The notes: generated from the sequence alone by a model not told the origin. A stretch of 64,000 nt of DNA from Narcine bancroftii (GCF_036971445.1 NC_091473.1:205030377-205094376); one strand, 5' to 3'; shown: positions 12,956 to 23,200, counted from the stretch's first letter. Numbers and translations are program-made.

Positions 12956-14599
12956 ATGGCTACGCTGAACTATACGACTTTAAATATTAACGGAATACAT
13001 AACCACATTAAAAGGAAGAAACTGCTAAATTTACTGAAAAAAGAAAATATTGATATAGCATTTGTGCAAGAAACACATTTAACTGAATTGGAGCACAAGA
13101 AAATAAAGAGAGATTGGGTAGGACATGTAACAGCAGCGTCGTATAATTCAAAAGCAAGAGGAGTATCTATATTAATTAGTAAAAATGTGCCAATTAAAAT
13201 AGAAGAGGAAATAATAGATCCAGCAGGGAGATATGTAATGTTAAAATGTCAGATATATTCGGAGTTTTGGAATCTACTCAATGTATATTCACCTAACGAA
13301 GAAGATCAAAAGTTTATGCAAGATATTTTTTTGAAGATAGCAGATACGCAAGGGAACATATTAATAGGAGGGGATTTCAACCTGAATTTGGATTCAAATA
13401 TGGACAAAACTGGGAAAAAAATTAACAGAAAGAACAAAGTAACCAAATTTATAATTAAATCGATGGAAGAAATGCAACTTTTGGATATATGGAGGAAACA
13501 ACACCCAAATGAAAAGGAATATTCATATTACTCAGGTAGACATAAAACATACTCAAGAATAGACCTATTTTTGTTATCAGCTCGTATGCAAGATAGAGTA
13601 AGAAAAACAGAATATAAAGCTAGAATATTATCGGACCATTCACCCTTGATATTGACAATAGAGTTAGAAGACATCCCTCCAAGAATGTATAGATGGAGAT
13701 TAAACTCCATGCTACTTAAAAGGCAGGATTTTAGAGAATTCATTGAAAGACAAATTAAAATGTATTTTGAAATAAATACGGAATCAGTGAAAGATAAGTT
13801 TATGCTAAGGGATGCAATGAAAGCGTTCATAATAAGTTATGTAACCAAGATGAAGAAGGACTATAATCAGGAAACAGAGCAGTTGGAAAGGGAAATAGTA
13901 AATATAGAAAAAGAATTAGCAATGAAGGAAGATACAACTAAAAGAAGAGAATTGGCAGATAAAAAAATAAAATATGAAACACTACAAACATATAAGGTGG
14001 AGAAGAATATAATGAAGACAAAACAGAAATATTATGAACTAGGGGAAAAAAGGCACAAAATTCTAGCATGGCAGCTTAAGACAGAACAAGCTAAGAAAAT
14101 GGCATTGGCATCAAGGAAAAAAGACAAACAAATCACATATAATCCAACGGAGATCAAGGAAAACTTTAGAGAATACTATGAACAATTATACCAAACTGAA
14201 AATGAAGGGAAAGAAGACAAAATAGATGAAATTGAACTACCAAAATTACAAATAGAGGAACAAAATAAATTAATAGAACCATTTGAAATAGTAGAAATAC
14301 AAGAGATAATAAAAAAACTACCAAATAATAAAACACCAGGAGAGGATGGATTCCCAATAGAATTCTATAAAACATTTAAAGATTTATTAATTCCTCCCCT
14401 CCTGGAAGTAATCAACCAGATTGATAAAACACAAAGCTTACCAGATTCATGTAAAACAGCAATAATTACAGTAATACTAAAGCAAGGGAAAGATCCACTC
14501 GCACCAGCGTCATATAGACCAATATCATTACTTAACACAGATTATAAGATAATAGCTAAACTATTAGCAAACAGATTAGCAATGTACCTAAAATGGTAA
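12956..14599 (+). CDS. L1-like ORF2p N-terminal part. It has an APE-type endonuclease (MATLNYTTLNINGIHN...FVQETHL...GGDFNL) and the start of the RT (NKTPGEDGFPIEFYK...PISLLNTDYKIIAKLLANRL).
   Basis: Provided 547-aa ORF. The endonuclease and RT motifs were read directly. Confidence 0.8.
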   Translation: MATLNYTTLNINGIHNHIKRKKLLNLLKKENIDIAFVQETHLTELEHKKIKRDWVGHVTAASYNSKARGVSILISKNVPIKIEEEIIDPAGRYVMLKCQIYSEFWNLLNVYSPNEEDQKFMQDIFLKIADTQGNILIGGDFNLNLDSNMDKTGKKINRKNKVTKFIIKSMEEMQLLDIWRKQHPNEKEYSYYSGRHKTYSRIDLFLLSARMQDRVRKTEYKARILSDHSPLILTIELEDIPPRMYRWRLNSMLLKRQDFREFIERQIKMYFEINTESVKDKFMLRDAMKAFIISYVTKMKKDYNQETEQLEREIVNIEKELAMKEDTTKRRELADKKIKYETLQTYKVEKNIMKTKQKYYELGEKRHKILAWQLKTEQAKKMALASRKKDKQITYNPTEIKENFREYYEQLYQTENEGKEDKIDEIELPKLQIEEQNKLIEPFEIVEIQEIIKKLPNNKTPGEDGFPIEFYKTFKDLLIPPLLEVINQIDKTQSLPDSCKTAIITVILKQGKDPLAPASYRPISLLNTDYKIIAKLLANRLAMYLKW

Positions 14600-15824
14600 A
14601 TCTAGACCAAACTGGATTTATTAAAAAAAGACGCACAACAGACAATATTTGTAAATTTATTAACTTAATTCATGCAGTAGAAGGGAGTAAAGCGCCAACA
14701 GTAGCAGTTGCTTTAGACGCAGAGAACGCCTTTGACAGAGTCGAATGGAATTATTTATTCAAAGTATTGAAAAAATTCAGTTTACCAGAGAAGTATATTA
14801 ATTGGATTAAAGCATTATATAAGGAGCCATTGGCGAAAGTGACAGTAAATGGCAATTTAACTTAAGCAGATCAACAAGGCAGGGATGCACACTATCACCC
14901 TTATTGTTTGCGTTAGCTATAGAACCACTAGCAGAATTGATAAGAACAGAAAATAAAATAAAAGGGATAAAAATAAAAGACAAGGAATATAAAATCAGTT
15001 TATTTGCGGATGATGTTATAGTATACTTAACAGAACCAGAACTATCAATAAAAGAATTATATAAGAAATTGAAGGAATATGGAGAAGTGTCGGGTTACAA
15101 GATTAACGTAAATAAAAGTGAAGCAATGCCAATGAATAATGCGGATTTCTCAAAATTTAAGAAGGAATCACCATTCAGATGGCAAATGCAAGCAATAAGA
15201 TACCTAGGTATACAAATAAATAAAAATCTCGGCCATCTATATAAACTCAATTATTATCCACTAATGAAAAAATTACAGGGCGATTTAGAGCATTGGAAAG
15301 ATTTACCATTAACACTAATAGGAAGGATAAACTGCATTAAAATGAACATTTTCCCAAGGATATGATACCTATTTCAGGCATTGCCAATACACTTGACAGA
15401 GAAATTCTTCAAGGAGTTAAAGAAAATAATAAGGAAATTTTTATGGAAAGGGGGGAAACCGAGGATAGCACTAGATAAATTAACAGAATGGTATAAACAA
15501 GGAGGCTTACAACTGTCAAACTTTAAAAATTATTATAGAGCTGCACAATTAAGATACCTATCAGATTTTTATCAAACAAGGGAAAAGCCAGATTGGACTA
15601 GATTAGAACTAGATAAAATAGGGGAAAAGATACCTGAACACAGGTATAAATGGGATGAAAAATTGGTACAACGTAGGAATTCTCCAGTATTACATCATCT
15701 ACTCAATATTTGGACAAAGATTCATGTAGAAAGGATTAAAACAAATTCCCAATTACCAAAACCAATATTGATGCAAAATAAGTTACTCCCTTTTACAATA
15801 GATAACCTTTCTTTTAGAGAATAG
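14593..15824 (+). pseudogene. L1-like ORF2 RT core, continued in three frameshifted pieces (14593-14865, 14904-15365 with the FADDVIVYL active site, 15381-15824 thumb region).
   Basis: Three consecutive provided ORFs in different frames. RT motifs are QGCTLSPLLFALAIEPL and FADDVIV. The frameshifts indicate an inactive copy. Confidence 0.75.
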
Positions 15825-15953
15825 TAGAAAAAAGGGATCAAAAGAATAGAAAATTGTTTTTCAGGAAATAGATTATTATCCTTTGAACAAATGAAAGATA
15901 AATACAATATAACTCAAGATACAGTGCTGGCATATTACCAATTGAGATCCTAC

Positions 15954-18363
15954 TTTTTTTTTTCCACACCATAAATCACATTAACCATGATATACACTAT
16001 TTCTTTTTCACACATATACAGTGACTTTTTCTCCCCCCCCTCCCTCCTCCCAAGCCACCCCCCCACCCCCCCCCTCATCCATTTTAGGTATACAATCTAG
16101 GTTGCATTAAGCCAGTCAGACAATGTTGTCATTCAACAAAAATACACCAGAAATTCTACTGAGTCCATTCTTTTCTTTCCTTCTCCTTCCATCAACTTAG
16201 GTAATGTTTGTCCCCGGTAGGTTTTCGCTATTGTATTTAATGTAAGGCTCCTATACTTGTTCGAATATTTCAATATTATTTCTTAACCTATATGTTATTT
16301 TTTCTAATGGAATACATTTATTCATTTAAATTTAGTAGTTTCTTCCTTTTAATTTGGTTATGTATTCCATTAATATTTAAAGTCATATAGTTCAGCGTAG
16401 CCCTTTATATTTTGTTTATCTTCTCTTTCCGTTTTTCCATCTTTACCTTTCCTCCTTTTCCATTTCTGTTTTCTTATTTTCAACTCTTTATAAGACAACA
16501 TTCCTACAACATCCAACATTTTCCTTATTCTCCTATTTCTATCTTATTTATCCCCAATCTCCCCTTCCCCTCCTGAGTTGTCCTTTATCCCTTGTCAGAC
16601 AACCACATCTCCCCTCTCCATTTGGATTTGCGAATCCACTCGCAAGCGTCAACTGATTTTGCAGTGACCGCTATTTCCCCCCACCCCGCCCCCCCCAGAA
16701 AAGATTTCACTTTTCATATGTCACAAAGGTCACTCTTTTAATTCCCTCCTTATTCTCTCTATTCCATTACCTTCCCTTATTAATTCTTGTCTGTACTATC
16801 TATATTTTCCTCTAAGTACAGATACATTCATGTATGCACATTGTCTCTATTCACTCTTATACCTCTTTACCCGCATACATATCAATCGTGATCATTTTTA
16901 TTCTCATTACCCGTCTTCATCCCTCAGTCTATTTTTGTCTTTACCCACATACATATCAACCGTGATCATTTTTACTCTCATTACCCGTCTTCATCCCTCA
17001 GTCTATTTTTGTAATTGTTCTGCAAATTTTCGTGCTTCTTCTGGATCCGAGAATAGTCTGTTTTGTTGTCCTGGAATAAATATTTTCAATACCGCTGGAT
17101 GCTTTAGTATAAATTTATACCCTTTCTTCCATAAAATCGCCTTGCTGTATTGAACTCTTTTCTCTTCTTTAGGAGTTCAAAACTTATATCTGGATAAATG
17201 AAGATTTTTTGCCCTTTATACTCCAGTGGTTTGTTGCCCTCTCTTACTTTTTCCATTGTCTTCTCCAGTACCTTTTCTCTTGTAGTATATCTTAGGAATT
17301 TTACTACAATAGATCTTGGTTTTTGTTGTGGTTGTGATTTAGAGGCCAATACTCTATGTGCCCTTTCTATTTCCATTTCTTGCTGTAGTTCTGGACATCC
17401 TAGGGTCTTAGGGATCCACTCTTTTATAAACTCCCTCATATTCTTGCCTTCTTCATCTTCCTTAAGGCCCACTATCTTTATGTTATTTCTTCTGTTATAA
17501 TTTTCCATTGTATCTATTTTTTGAGCTAGTAGTTCTTGTGTCTCTTTAGTTTTTTTATTAGATTCCTCCAATTTCTTTTTTAAGTCTTCTACCTCCATTT
17601 CTGCTGCTACTGCCCGCTCTTCCATCTTGTCCATTTTCTTTCCCATTTCTGTTAAGGTCATCTCTATTTTATTCATTTTCTCTTCTGTGTTGTTTATTCT
17701 TTTTCTTAAATCATTAAATTCCTGTGTTTGCCATTCTTTAAATGACTCCATGTATCCTTTAATAAGAGAAAGTACCTTCTTTATCTTGCCTTTCTTTTCT
17801 TCTTCTATTTCACTGTACTCTTCCTCTTCCTCTTCTTCTTCCTCTGGGTTGGCCATCTGTTGTTTCTTTGTTGCCCTTTCCTTCTCTTCTTTCTTGTTTC
17901 TATTGTCTTCTGTGGTCTCTTCTTGCTGCAGGTGTTCTGCAGCTGTCGTTGCCAGCTGTGGAGATCGACTCCCCAGCTGGTCCCCCCTCCCGTCGGTGTG
18001 TTTTTTTCCATTCGCATCGCGCATGCGCGATTCCTCGCGCATGCGCAGTTGCGCACTTTTACTCGGCTCAGCGAGCCATTTTTGTAGTACATTATTTACC
18101 GACCTGAGGGAGCAGGTTTCTCTCTCCGCAGCGGGCCTCTTCGGACAGGTAAGGCCTTCACCTTTTTCCTCCTTTGTCTTCTCTTCCTCTCTTCTTACCG
18201 TTGCTTTCGATTTTTCTTTTTTTGTCGCCATCTTCTTTCCACCTTTATACTCACTTTTCTGTAACTTTTATTTCTGTGCCTTTGTGTTTTCCTTTGTTTT
18301 TCCCGACTTTTCTGGAGAGGGCTGGAGTTCACCGTCCGGCCACTACTCCATCACGTGACTCCT
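15954..18363 (-). mobile_element. Nested L1-like copy 2, an internally deleted ORF1-only derivative. It has a 5'UTR, an intact 375-aa ORF1, the inter-ORF region, only about 30 codons of ORF2 fused directly to the 3'UTR, and a poly-A tail. It sits inside ORF2 of copy 1, flanked by a 16-bp target-site duplication.
   Basis: The duplication CCAATTGAGATCCTAC occurs at 15938-15953 and 18364-18379. The T-run at 15954-15964 is the poly-A on the minus strand. The 5' end is ccatcacgtgactcc on the plus strand. The ORF2 start MATLNYMT lies at about 16395. At about 16340 the sequence jumps to 3'UTR that matches copy 1 at 19000-19090. Confidence 0.8.
17104..18231 (-). CDS. Intact L1-like ORF1p (375 aa), copy 2.
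   Basis: Provided ORF MATKKEKSKATVRREEE...NYNRRNNIKIVGLKEDEEGKNMREFIKEWIP...KPRSIVVKFLRYTTREKVLEKTMEKVREGNKPLEYKGQKIFIYPDISFELLKKRKEFN. It has a full coiled coil and RRM-like C-terminal domain. Confidence 0.8.
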   Translation of the reverse strand: MATKKEKSKATVRREEEKTKEEKGEGLTCPKRPAAERETCSLRSVNNVLQKWLAEPSKSAQLRMREESRMRDANGKKHTDGRGDQLGSRSPQLATTAAEHLQQEETTEDNRNKKEEKERATKKQQMANPEEEEEEEEEYSEIEEEKKGKIKKVLSLIKGYMESFKEWQTQEFNDLRKRINNTEEKMNKIEMTLTEMGKKMDKMEERAVAAEMEVEDLKKKLEESNKKTKETQELLAQKIDTMENYNRRNNIKIVGLKEDEEGKNMREFIKEWIPKTLGCPELQQEMEIERAHRVLASKSQPQQKPRSIVVKFLRYTTREKVLEKTMEKVREGNKPLEYKGQKIFIYPDISFELLKKRKEFNTARRFYGRKGINLY

Positions 18364-18367
18364 CCAA

Positions 18368-18997
18368 TTGAGATCCTACTTGAAGGACAAATTAGGAAGC
18401 AGTCTGAGGTTACCAGAGGGAAGTACCTTTGAATATGTGATTACGGATACAATGATCATCAAAAGATTTATAACAAATATGTATATTAAACTGCAAGAAA
18501 AGGAGAATGAGGAAACAAATGGTAAAACTAAACAAAAATGGGAACAAGATTTAAATATAAAGATTAAAAAGGAAACATGGGAGAAGTTATGTTCTGGAAC
18601 GATGAGAAATACAATAAATACGAGGTTACGTATGATACAATATAACTGGATACACAGGCTATACATTACACCTCAAAAGTTAAATAAATGGGACCCAACA
18701 GTATCTGACAGATGTTTTCGATGTAAAAAAGAAATGGGAACAACAATTCATGCAATCTGGACATGTGAGAAAGTAGAAAAATTTTGGGAAGATCTAAACC
18801 AAATATTAAATAAAATTACAGAAAACAATATACCAAAAAATCCAGAGATCTTCCTCCTAAGTAACATAAAAAACAAAGAATTTGGAATTGATTTGGATGA
18901 TGCACAAAAAAGATTTGTTAAGATAGCTCTAGCCGTAGCAAAAAAATGTATTCTGTCAACCTGGAAATTGGAAGATAATTTGAAAATACAACAATAG
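18368..18997 (+). CDS. L1-like ORF2p C-terminal cysteine-rich domain of copy 1 (CFRCKKEMGTTIHAIWTCEKVEKFW). It resumes after the nested insertion.
   Basis: Provided 209-aa ORF. The CX3C...H...C motif is typical of L1 ORF2 C-terminal domains. The same domain occurs in copy 4 at 60954-61442 (minus). Confidence 0.7.
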   Translation: MRSYLKDKLGSSLRLPEGSTFEYVITDTMIIKRFITNMYIKLQEKENEETNGKTKQKWEQDLNIKIKKETWEKLCSGTMRNTINTRLRMIQYNWIHRLYITPQKLNKWDPTVSDRCFRCKKEMGTTIHAIWTCEKVEKFWEDLNQILNKITENNIPKNPEIFLLSNIKNKEFGIDLDDAQKRFVKIALAVAKKCILSTWKLEDNLKIQQ

Positions 18998-19235
18998 TAT
19001 ATAGAAATGAATAAATGTATTCCATTAGAAAAAATAACATATATTTTAAGAAATAATATTGAAATATTTGAACAAATATGGGAGCCTTACATGAAACACA
19101 ATAGAGAAAACCTACCGGGGACATTCACTACCTAAATTAACGAAAGGAGAAGGAAATGAAAAGAATTGACTCAGTGGAATTTCTTGTTTATTTTTATTGA
19201 ATGACAACATTGTTTGACTGGTTTAATGTATCTTA

Positions 19236-19860
19236 GATTGTGTTGCGGCTCCTAGAACGCTTCCACCAGCGTTGTCTCCGCTCCATCCTCAACATCCATT
19301 GGAGCGCTCACACCCCTAACGTCGAGGTACTCGAGATGGCAGAGGTCGACAGCATCGAGTCCACGCTGCTGAAGATCCAGCTGCGCTGGATGGGTCACGT
19401 CTCCAGAATGGAGGACCATCGCCTTCCCAAGATCGTATTATATGGCGAGCTCTCCACTGGCCACCGTGACAGAGGTGCACCAAAGAAAAGGTACAAGGAC
19501 TGCCTAAAGAAATCTCTTGGTGCCTGCCACATTGACCACCGCCAGTGGGCTGATAACGCCTCAAACCGTGCATCTTGGCGCCTCACAGTTTGGCGGGCAG
19601 CAGCCTCCTTTGAAGAAGACCGCAGAGCCCACCTCACTGACAAAAGGCAAAGGAGGAAAAACCCAACACCCAACCCCAACCAACCAATTTTCCCTTGCAA
19701 CCGCTGCAATCGTGTCTGCCTGTCCCGCATCGGACTGGTCAGCCACAAACGAGCCTGCAGCTGACGTGGACTTTTTACCCCCTCCATAAATCTTCGTCCG
19801 CGAAGCCAAGCCAAAGAAAAAGAAAGAAAAGAAAAAAAAAAAAAAAAGAAAAAAAAAAGA
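19236..19860 (+). mobile_element. 3' fragment of a second LINE family, LINE-B (CR1/L2/jockey-superclade; the family was not determined). It is inserted in the 3'UTR of L1 copy 1 and ends in an (AAGAA)n-like tail.
   Basis: ORF 19240-19764 reads LRLLERFHQRCLRSILNIHW...LRWMGHVSRMEDHRLPKIVLYGEL...CNRCNRVCLSRIGLVSHKRAC. This is the characteristic C-terminal region, including a Cys/His tail. It is near-identical to 47444-47950. An A/G-rich tail lies at 19800-19860. The L1 3'UTR resumes at 19861. Confidence 0.75.
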
Positions 19861-20000
19861 TTTTGTACTTTAAATGGATGGGGGGGGGGAGGTAGGGAGG
19901 GGCGGGGGGTAGAAAATGACACTGTATATATTTGAAAAGGAAAATGTATGTATCATTGTCAATGTGGTTTATGGTGTGAAAAATAAAAAATTAAAAAAAA

Positions 20001-20380
20001 AGAGTTAAGCTGCCTCCACAGTGTCCTGTCAAAATTCCCCGGGCAGACCCAGAGAAAAACTTCCTCAACACTGTCCCATCACACAATCCCGGGGACAGAC
20101 ACAGATTGAAGCTCTCTCCGCATCGTCTCATCACACACTCCCAGGGACAACACAGTGAAGCTCTCTCCGCACTGTCCCGTCACACCCTCCCAGGGACAGA
20201 TACACATTTTTGCTTCCTCCACACTGTCGCATCATACACTCCCGGGAACAGACCCAGAGTGAAGCTCCCTCTTGTCACAACCTCCCGGGGGACAGATACA
20301 GAGAAGCTTCCTTCGCACTGTCATGTCACACACCCCCGGGGACAGACATAGAGAAGTTCTCGCCAACCTCTGCACAGGTA
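20001..20380. repeat. Continuation of the 60-bp satellite on the far side of the L1 insertion.
   Basis: Units gtcctgtca..ccgggcagacccagag..aagct repeat about six times. Confidence 0.8.
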
Positions 20381-20594
20381 GCCCTCTCACCTGTTTTTTA
20401 CTGTACTCCCTGAAGCCTCTCTTCCTTGTTTGCTGGGTTGAATCCCCCGGTTGATGCCACAAGCCTCCTTCAGAGTCCGCAAAGAAAAGAGAGGTCTCTG
20501 GAAGGGAAAGGGAAGAATTTCCAGGTCAGTCCCACGCTGGACGGTCTGGGAAACATCAGCAAATTGAGGGAACTGGATTGAATGGCCCCACGTC

Positions 20595-20595
<1 letters not shown>

Positions 20596-20633
<38 letters not shown>
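20596..20633. repeat. (GT)n microsatellite.
   Basis: gtgtgtgtgtgtgtgtgtgtgtgtgtgtgtgtgt read directly. Confidence 0.95.
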
Positions 20634-20635
<2 letters not shown>

Positions 20636-20779
20636 TCTACATCCATCTGTCCCTCTGTGTGTTCCTGGCATCCAATGAGTGTTGTTAAGCAGGGGATCAA
20701 GGAGTACAGGCCTTCAACAGTCAGAGTATGGAGTCCAGTTGTATAAGGTGTTGGTGGGGTCTCGTTTCATCATTGTATT

Positions 20780-21015
20780 GTTTCCTTCACCAAGCTGCAG
20801 GAAAGATGTCGAGCTGGAGAGGGTGTGAGAAGACTGAAGCCAAGATGTGTTGGGAGGTGGGGGATGACCTGTAGTCAAGGCAGGCTGGGGCTTTATTCCT
20901 TGGAGCCCAGGAAGATGGGGGATGATCTCACAGAGGTGTACAAAATCATGAGAGAAATAGATCGGGTCAAACCAGATAGTCGGTTGCCCAGAGTTGAGGA
21001 ATCGGACATCAGAGG
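20780..21015 (+). mobile_element. CR1/L2-like LINE (LINE-A) 3' fragment, the extreme C-terminus only.
   Basis: ORF 20825-21019 reads RLGLYSLEPRKMGDDLTEVYKIMREIDRVKPDSRLPRVEESDIRG. This aligns to the C-terminus of the adjacent full RT ORF (RLGLYSLERRRLRGDLIEVFKIMKGIDRMDVDRLFPLRGG). Confidence 0.65.
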
Positions 21016-22908
21016 TTGATGGTGATTAGATATAAGAAGCATGGAGTTAAGGAGATGTTTGAAAGATACCTTGAATATAAGAGGAATCTTAAGAGAGGAA
21101 TTAGGAAAGCTAAAAGAAGGTACGAGAAAACTATGGCAAGCAGGGTGAAAACTAATCCAAAAGAGTTCTACAAATATGTTAATGGTAAGAGGAAAGCTAG
21201 AGACAAAATTGGTCCCTTACAAAATCAGAGTGGAAAACTGTGTGTGGAACCTAGAGAAATGGGGGAGATATTGAACAGTTTCTTTTCTTCGGTATTCACT
21301 AAGGAGAAGGATATTGGGAGATGTGGGATAAAAAAAGCAAATTGGGTAAATATGGGGAATATAGAGATTACAAAAGGTGTAGTTTTAAGGCTTTTGAAGA
21401 ATATAAAGGTGGATAAGTCTCCGGGACCAGACGGGATCTTCCCCAGGACATTGAGAGAAGTGAAGGAGGAAATAGCAGAGGCTCTGGCGGTAATTTTTCA
21501 AATGTCATTAGATATGGGGATAGTGCCGGAGGATTGGCGCATTGCGCATGTGGTTCCGTTATTTAAAAAGGGTTCAAGGAGGAAGCCTGGCAACTATCGG
21601 CCTGTAAGTTTGACGTCTGTGGTAGGTAAATTAATGGAGAAAATTCTTAGAGATAGTACTTATAAACATCTGGATAGACAGGGTCTGATCAGGAGCACTC
21701 AACATGGATTTGTGGGAGGAAGGTCATGTTTGACCAATCTGATTGAATTTTTTGAAGAGGTGACTAGGAATGTGGATGAGGGTAGCGCAGTGGATGTTGT
21801 CTATATGGACTTCAGTAAGGCCTTCGATAAGGTACCACATGGAAGGTTAGTTAGGAAGGTGCAGTCTTTAGGTATAAATTTTGAGATAGTCAAATGGATT
21901 GAACATTGGCTGAAAGGGAGAGGCCAGAGAGTGGTAGTGGATAATTGTCTGTCAGGTTGGAGGCCGGTGACCAGTGGTGTGCCTCAAGGATCTGTATTGG
22001 GCCCATTGTTGTTCGTTATATACATTAATGATCTAGATGATGGGGTGGTGAATTGGATTAGTAAATATGCAGACGATACTAAGATAGGTGGAATAGTGGA
22101 TAATGAAGAAGGTTTTCAAGGATTGCAGAGGGATTTGGGCTGCTTAGAAAAGTGGGCTGAAAAATGGCAGATGGAATTTAATGCTGATAAGTGTGAGGTG
22201 CTTCATTTTGGTAAGAAGAATCAGAATAGGACATATGTGGTAAATGGGAGAGCATTGAGGAATACAGAAGAGCAGAAAGATTTAGGAGTGACGGTACATC
22301 GTTCCCTGAAGGTAGAAACTCACGTGAATAAGGTGGTGAAGAAGGCTTTTAGTATGCTGGCCTTTATCAATCATTGCATGGAATATAGGAGTTGGGAGGT
22401 GATGTTGAGATTGTATAAGACGTTGGTGCGGCCTAATTTGGAGTTCTGTGTGCAGTTCTGGTCGCCTAATTATAGGAAGGATATAAACAGAGTGGAGAGA
22501 GTGCAGAGAAGGTTTACCAGAATGTTGCCTGGGTTTAAGCATCTGGAGTATGGGGAGAGATTGGACAGATTGGGTCTTTATTCTTTGGAGCGTAGAAGGT
22601 TGAGAGGGGATTTGATAGAAGTATTTAAGATTATGAAAGGGATAGACAGAATGGATGTGGATAGACTATTTCCGTTAAGAGGAGGAAAGTTTAAAACAAG
22701 AGGACATGAGTTAAGAATTAAGGGGCAGAGGTTTAGAGGTAACATGAGGGGGAACTTCTTTACTCAGAGAGTGGTAGCTGTGTGGAATGATCTTCCGGGA
22801 GAAATAGTGGCGGCGGAGTCAATTGTATTATTTAAGAAAAGGTTGGACAGGTATATGGATGAGAGGAAGATGGAGGGTTATGGGCATTGTGCGGGGAGGT
22901 GGGATTAG
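21016..22908 (+). CDS. Reverse transcriptase ORF of the CR1/L2-like LINE (630 aa).
   Basis: As above. A single uninterrupted ORF with all RT motifs. Confidence 0.8.
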   Translation: MMVIRYKKHGVKEMFERYLEYKRNLKRGIRKAKRRYEKTMASRVKTNPKEFYKYVNGKRKARDKIGPLQNQSGKLCVEPREMGEILNSFFSSVFTKEKDIGRCGIKKANWVNMGNIEITKGVVLRLLKNIKVDKSPGPDGIFPRTLREVKEEIAEALAVIFQMSLDMGIVPEDWRIAHVVPLFKKGSRRKPGNYRPVSLTSVVGKLMEKILRDSTYKHLDRQGLIRSTQHGFVGGRSCLTNLIEFFEEVTRNVDEGSAVDVVYMDFSKAFDKVPHGRLVRKVQSLGINFEIVKWIEHWLKGRGQRVVVDNCLSGWRPVTSGVPQGSVLGPLLFVIYINDLDDGVVNWISKYADDTKIGGIVDNEEGFQGLQRDLGCLEKWAEKWQMEFNADKCEVLHFGKKNQNRTYVVNGRALRNTEEQKDLGVTVHRSLKVETHVNKVVKKAFSMLAFINHCMEYRSWEVMLRLYKTLVRPNLEFCVQFWSPNYRKDINRVERVQRRFTRMLPGFKHLEYGERLDRLGLYSLERRRLRGDLIEVFKIMKGIDRMDVDRLFPLRGGKFKTRGHELRIKGQRFRGNMRGNFFTQRVVAVWNDLPGEIVAAESIVLFKKRLDRYMDERKMEGYGHCAGRWD

Positions 22909-22960
22909 AAAGGGGTGTTTGGTTCGGTGCAGACTAGAAGGGCCTAATGGCCTGTTTCCG
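21016..22960 (+). mobile_element. CR1/L2-like LINE (LINE-A) copy. It is 5'-truncated, lacks the endonuclease, and has an intact-looking RT ORF and a 3'UTR with the hairpin motif ggcctaatggcctgtttccgtgctgtaa.
   Basis: ORF 21016-22908 is 630 aa. It begins inside ORF2 with NPKEFYKYVNGKRKARDKIGPLQNQSGKLCVEPREMGEILNSFFSSVFT. RT motifs are PGPDGIFPRTL, YRPVSLTSVVGKLMEKIL, YMDFSKAFDKVPHGRL and YADDTKIGG. The 3' hairpin is typical of CR1-like tails. Confidence 0.8.
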
Positions 22961-23200
22961 TGCTGTAATTGTTATGTGAGGGGAAGGGGGAGAGATTGAA
23001 CAGAAACCTGAGGAGTTTTAAACAGGGCAGTAGGTGTGTGGAACAGAATGCTGGAGGAGGGGGTATATACAGGTATTGTTGAAAAGCGGACAGATACAAG
23101 GATGGGACGGGTTTAGAAGGGTTATGAGGGCAAAGGCAGGCAGCCAGGATGGCTTGGTTGATGTGGCCAGGTTGGGTTGAACGGGGTGAACTCCCCCAAT
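22960..23200 (+). mobile_element. A third stacked CR1-like 3' tail fragment.
   Basis: Plus-frame translation gives FKQGSRCVEQNAGGGGIYRYC.KADRYKDGTGLEGL.GQRQAARMAWLMWPGWVERG. This resembles the LDRYMDERKMEGYG...tail of LINE-A. Confidence 0.5.

Larger units (their letters stand above)
11361..20000 (+). mobile_element. L1-clade non-LTR retrotransposon, copy 1, full length but degenerate. It has a 5'UTR, ORF1, a frameshifted ORF2 (APE endonuclease, RT, Cys-rich C-terminal domain), a 3'UTR and an A-rich tail. It carries two nested insertions. It is inserted into the satellite with target-site duplication GAGTTAAGCTG.
   Basis: The 5' end GGAGTCACGTGATGGAGTAGTGGCCGG is shared with the other copies. 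The flanking duplication gagttaagctg occurs at 11350-11360 and 20001-20011. The 3' end is gtggtttatggtgtgaaaaataaaaaattaaaaaaaaa. Satellite sequence resumes immediately after. Confidence 0.85.

Noticed and set aside
11466-18358. Antisense ORFs over L1 ORF1 that look conserved between copies (11630-12046 minus, 17627-18358 plus, 48348-49001 minus; F/L/S-rich).
   Set aside because: The sense strand is GAA/AAG-rich (an E/K coiled coil), so its complement lacks stop codons. The conservation only reflects copy-to-copy identity of the element, not a second gene.
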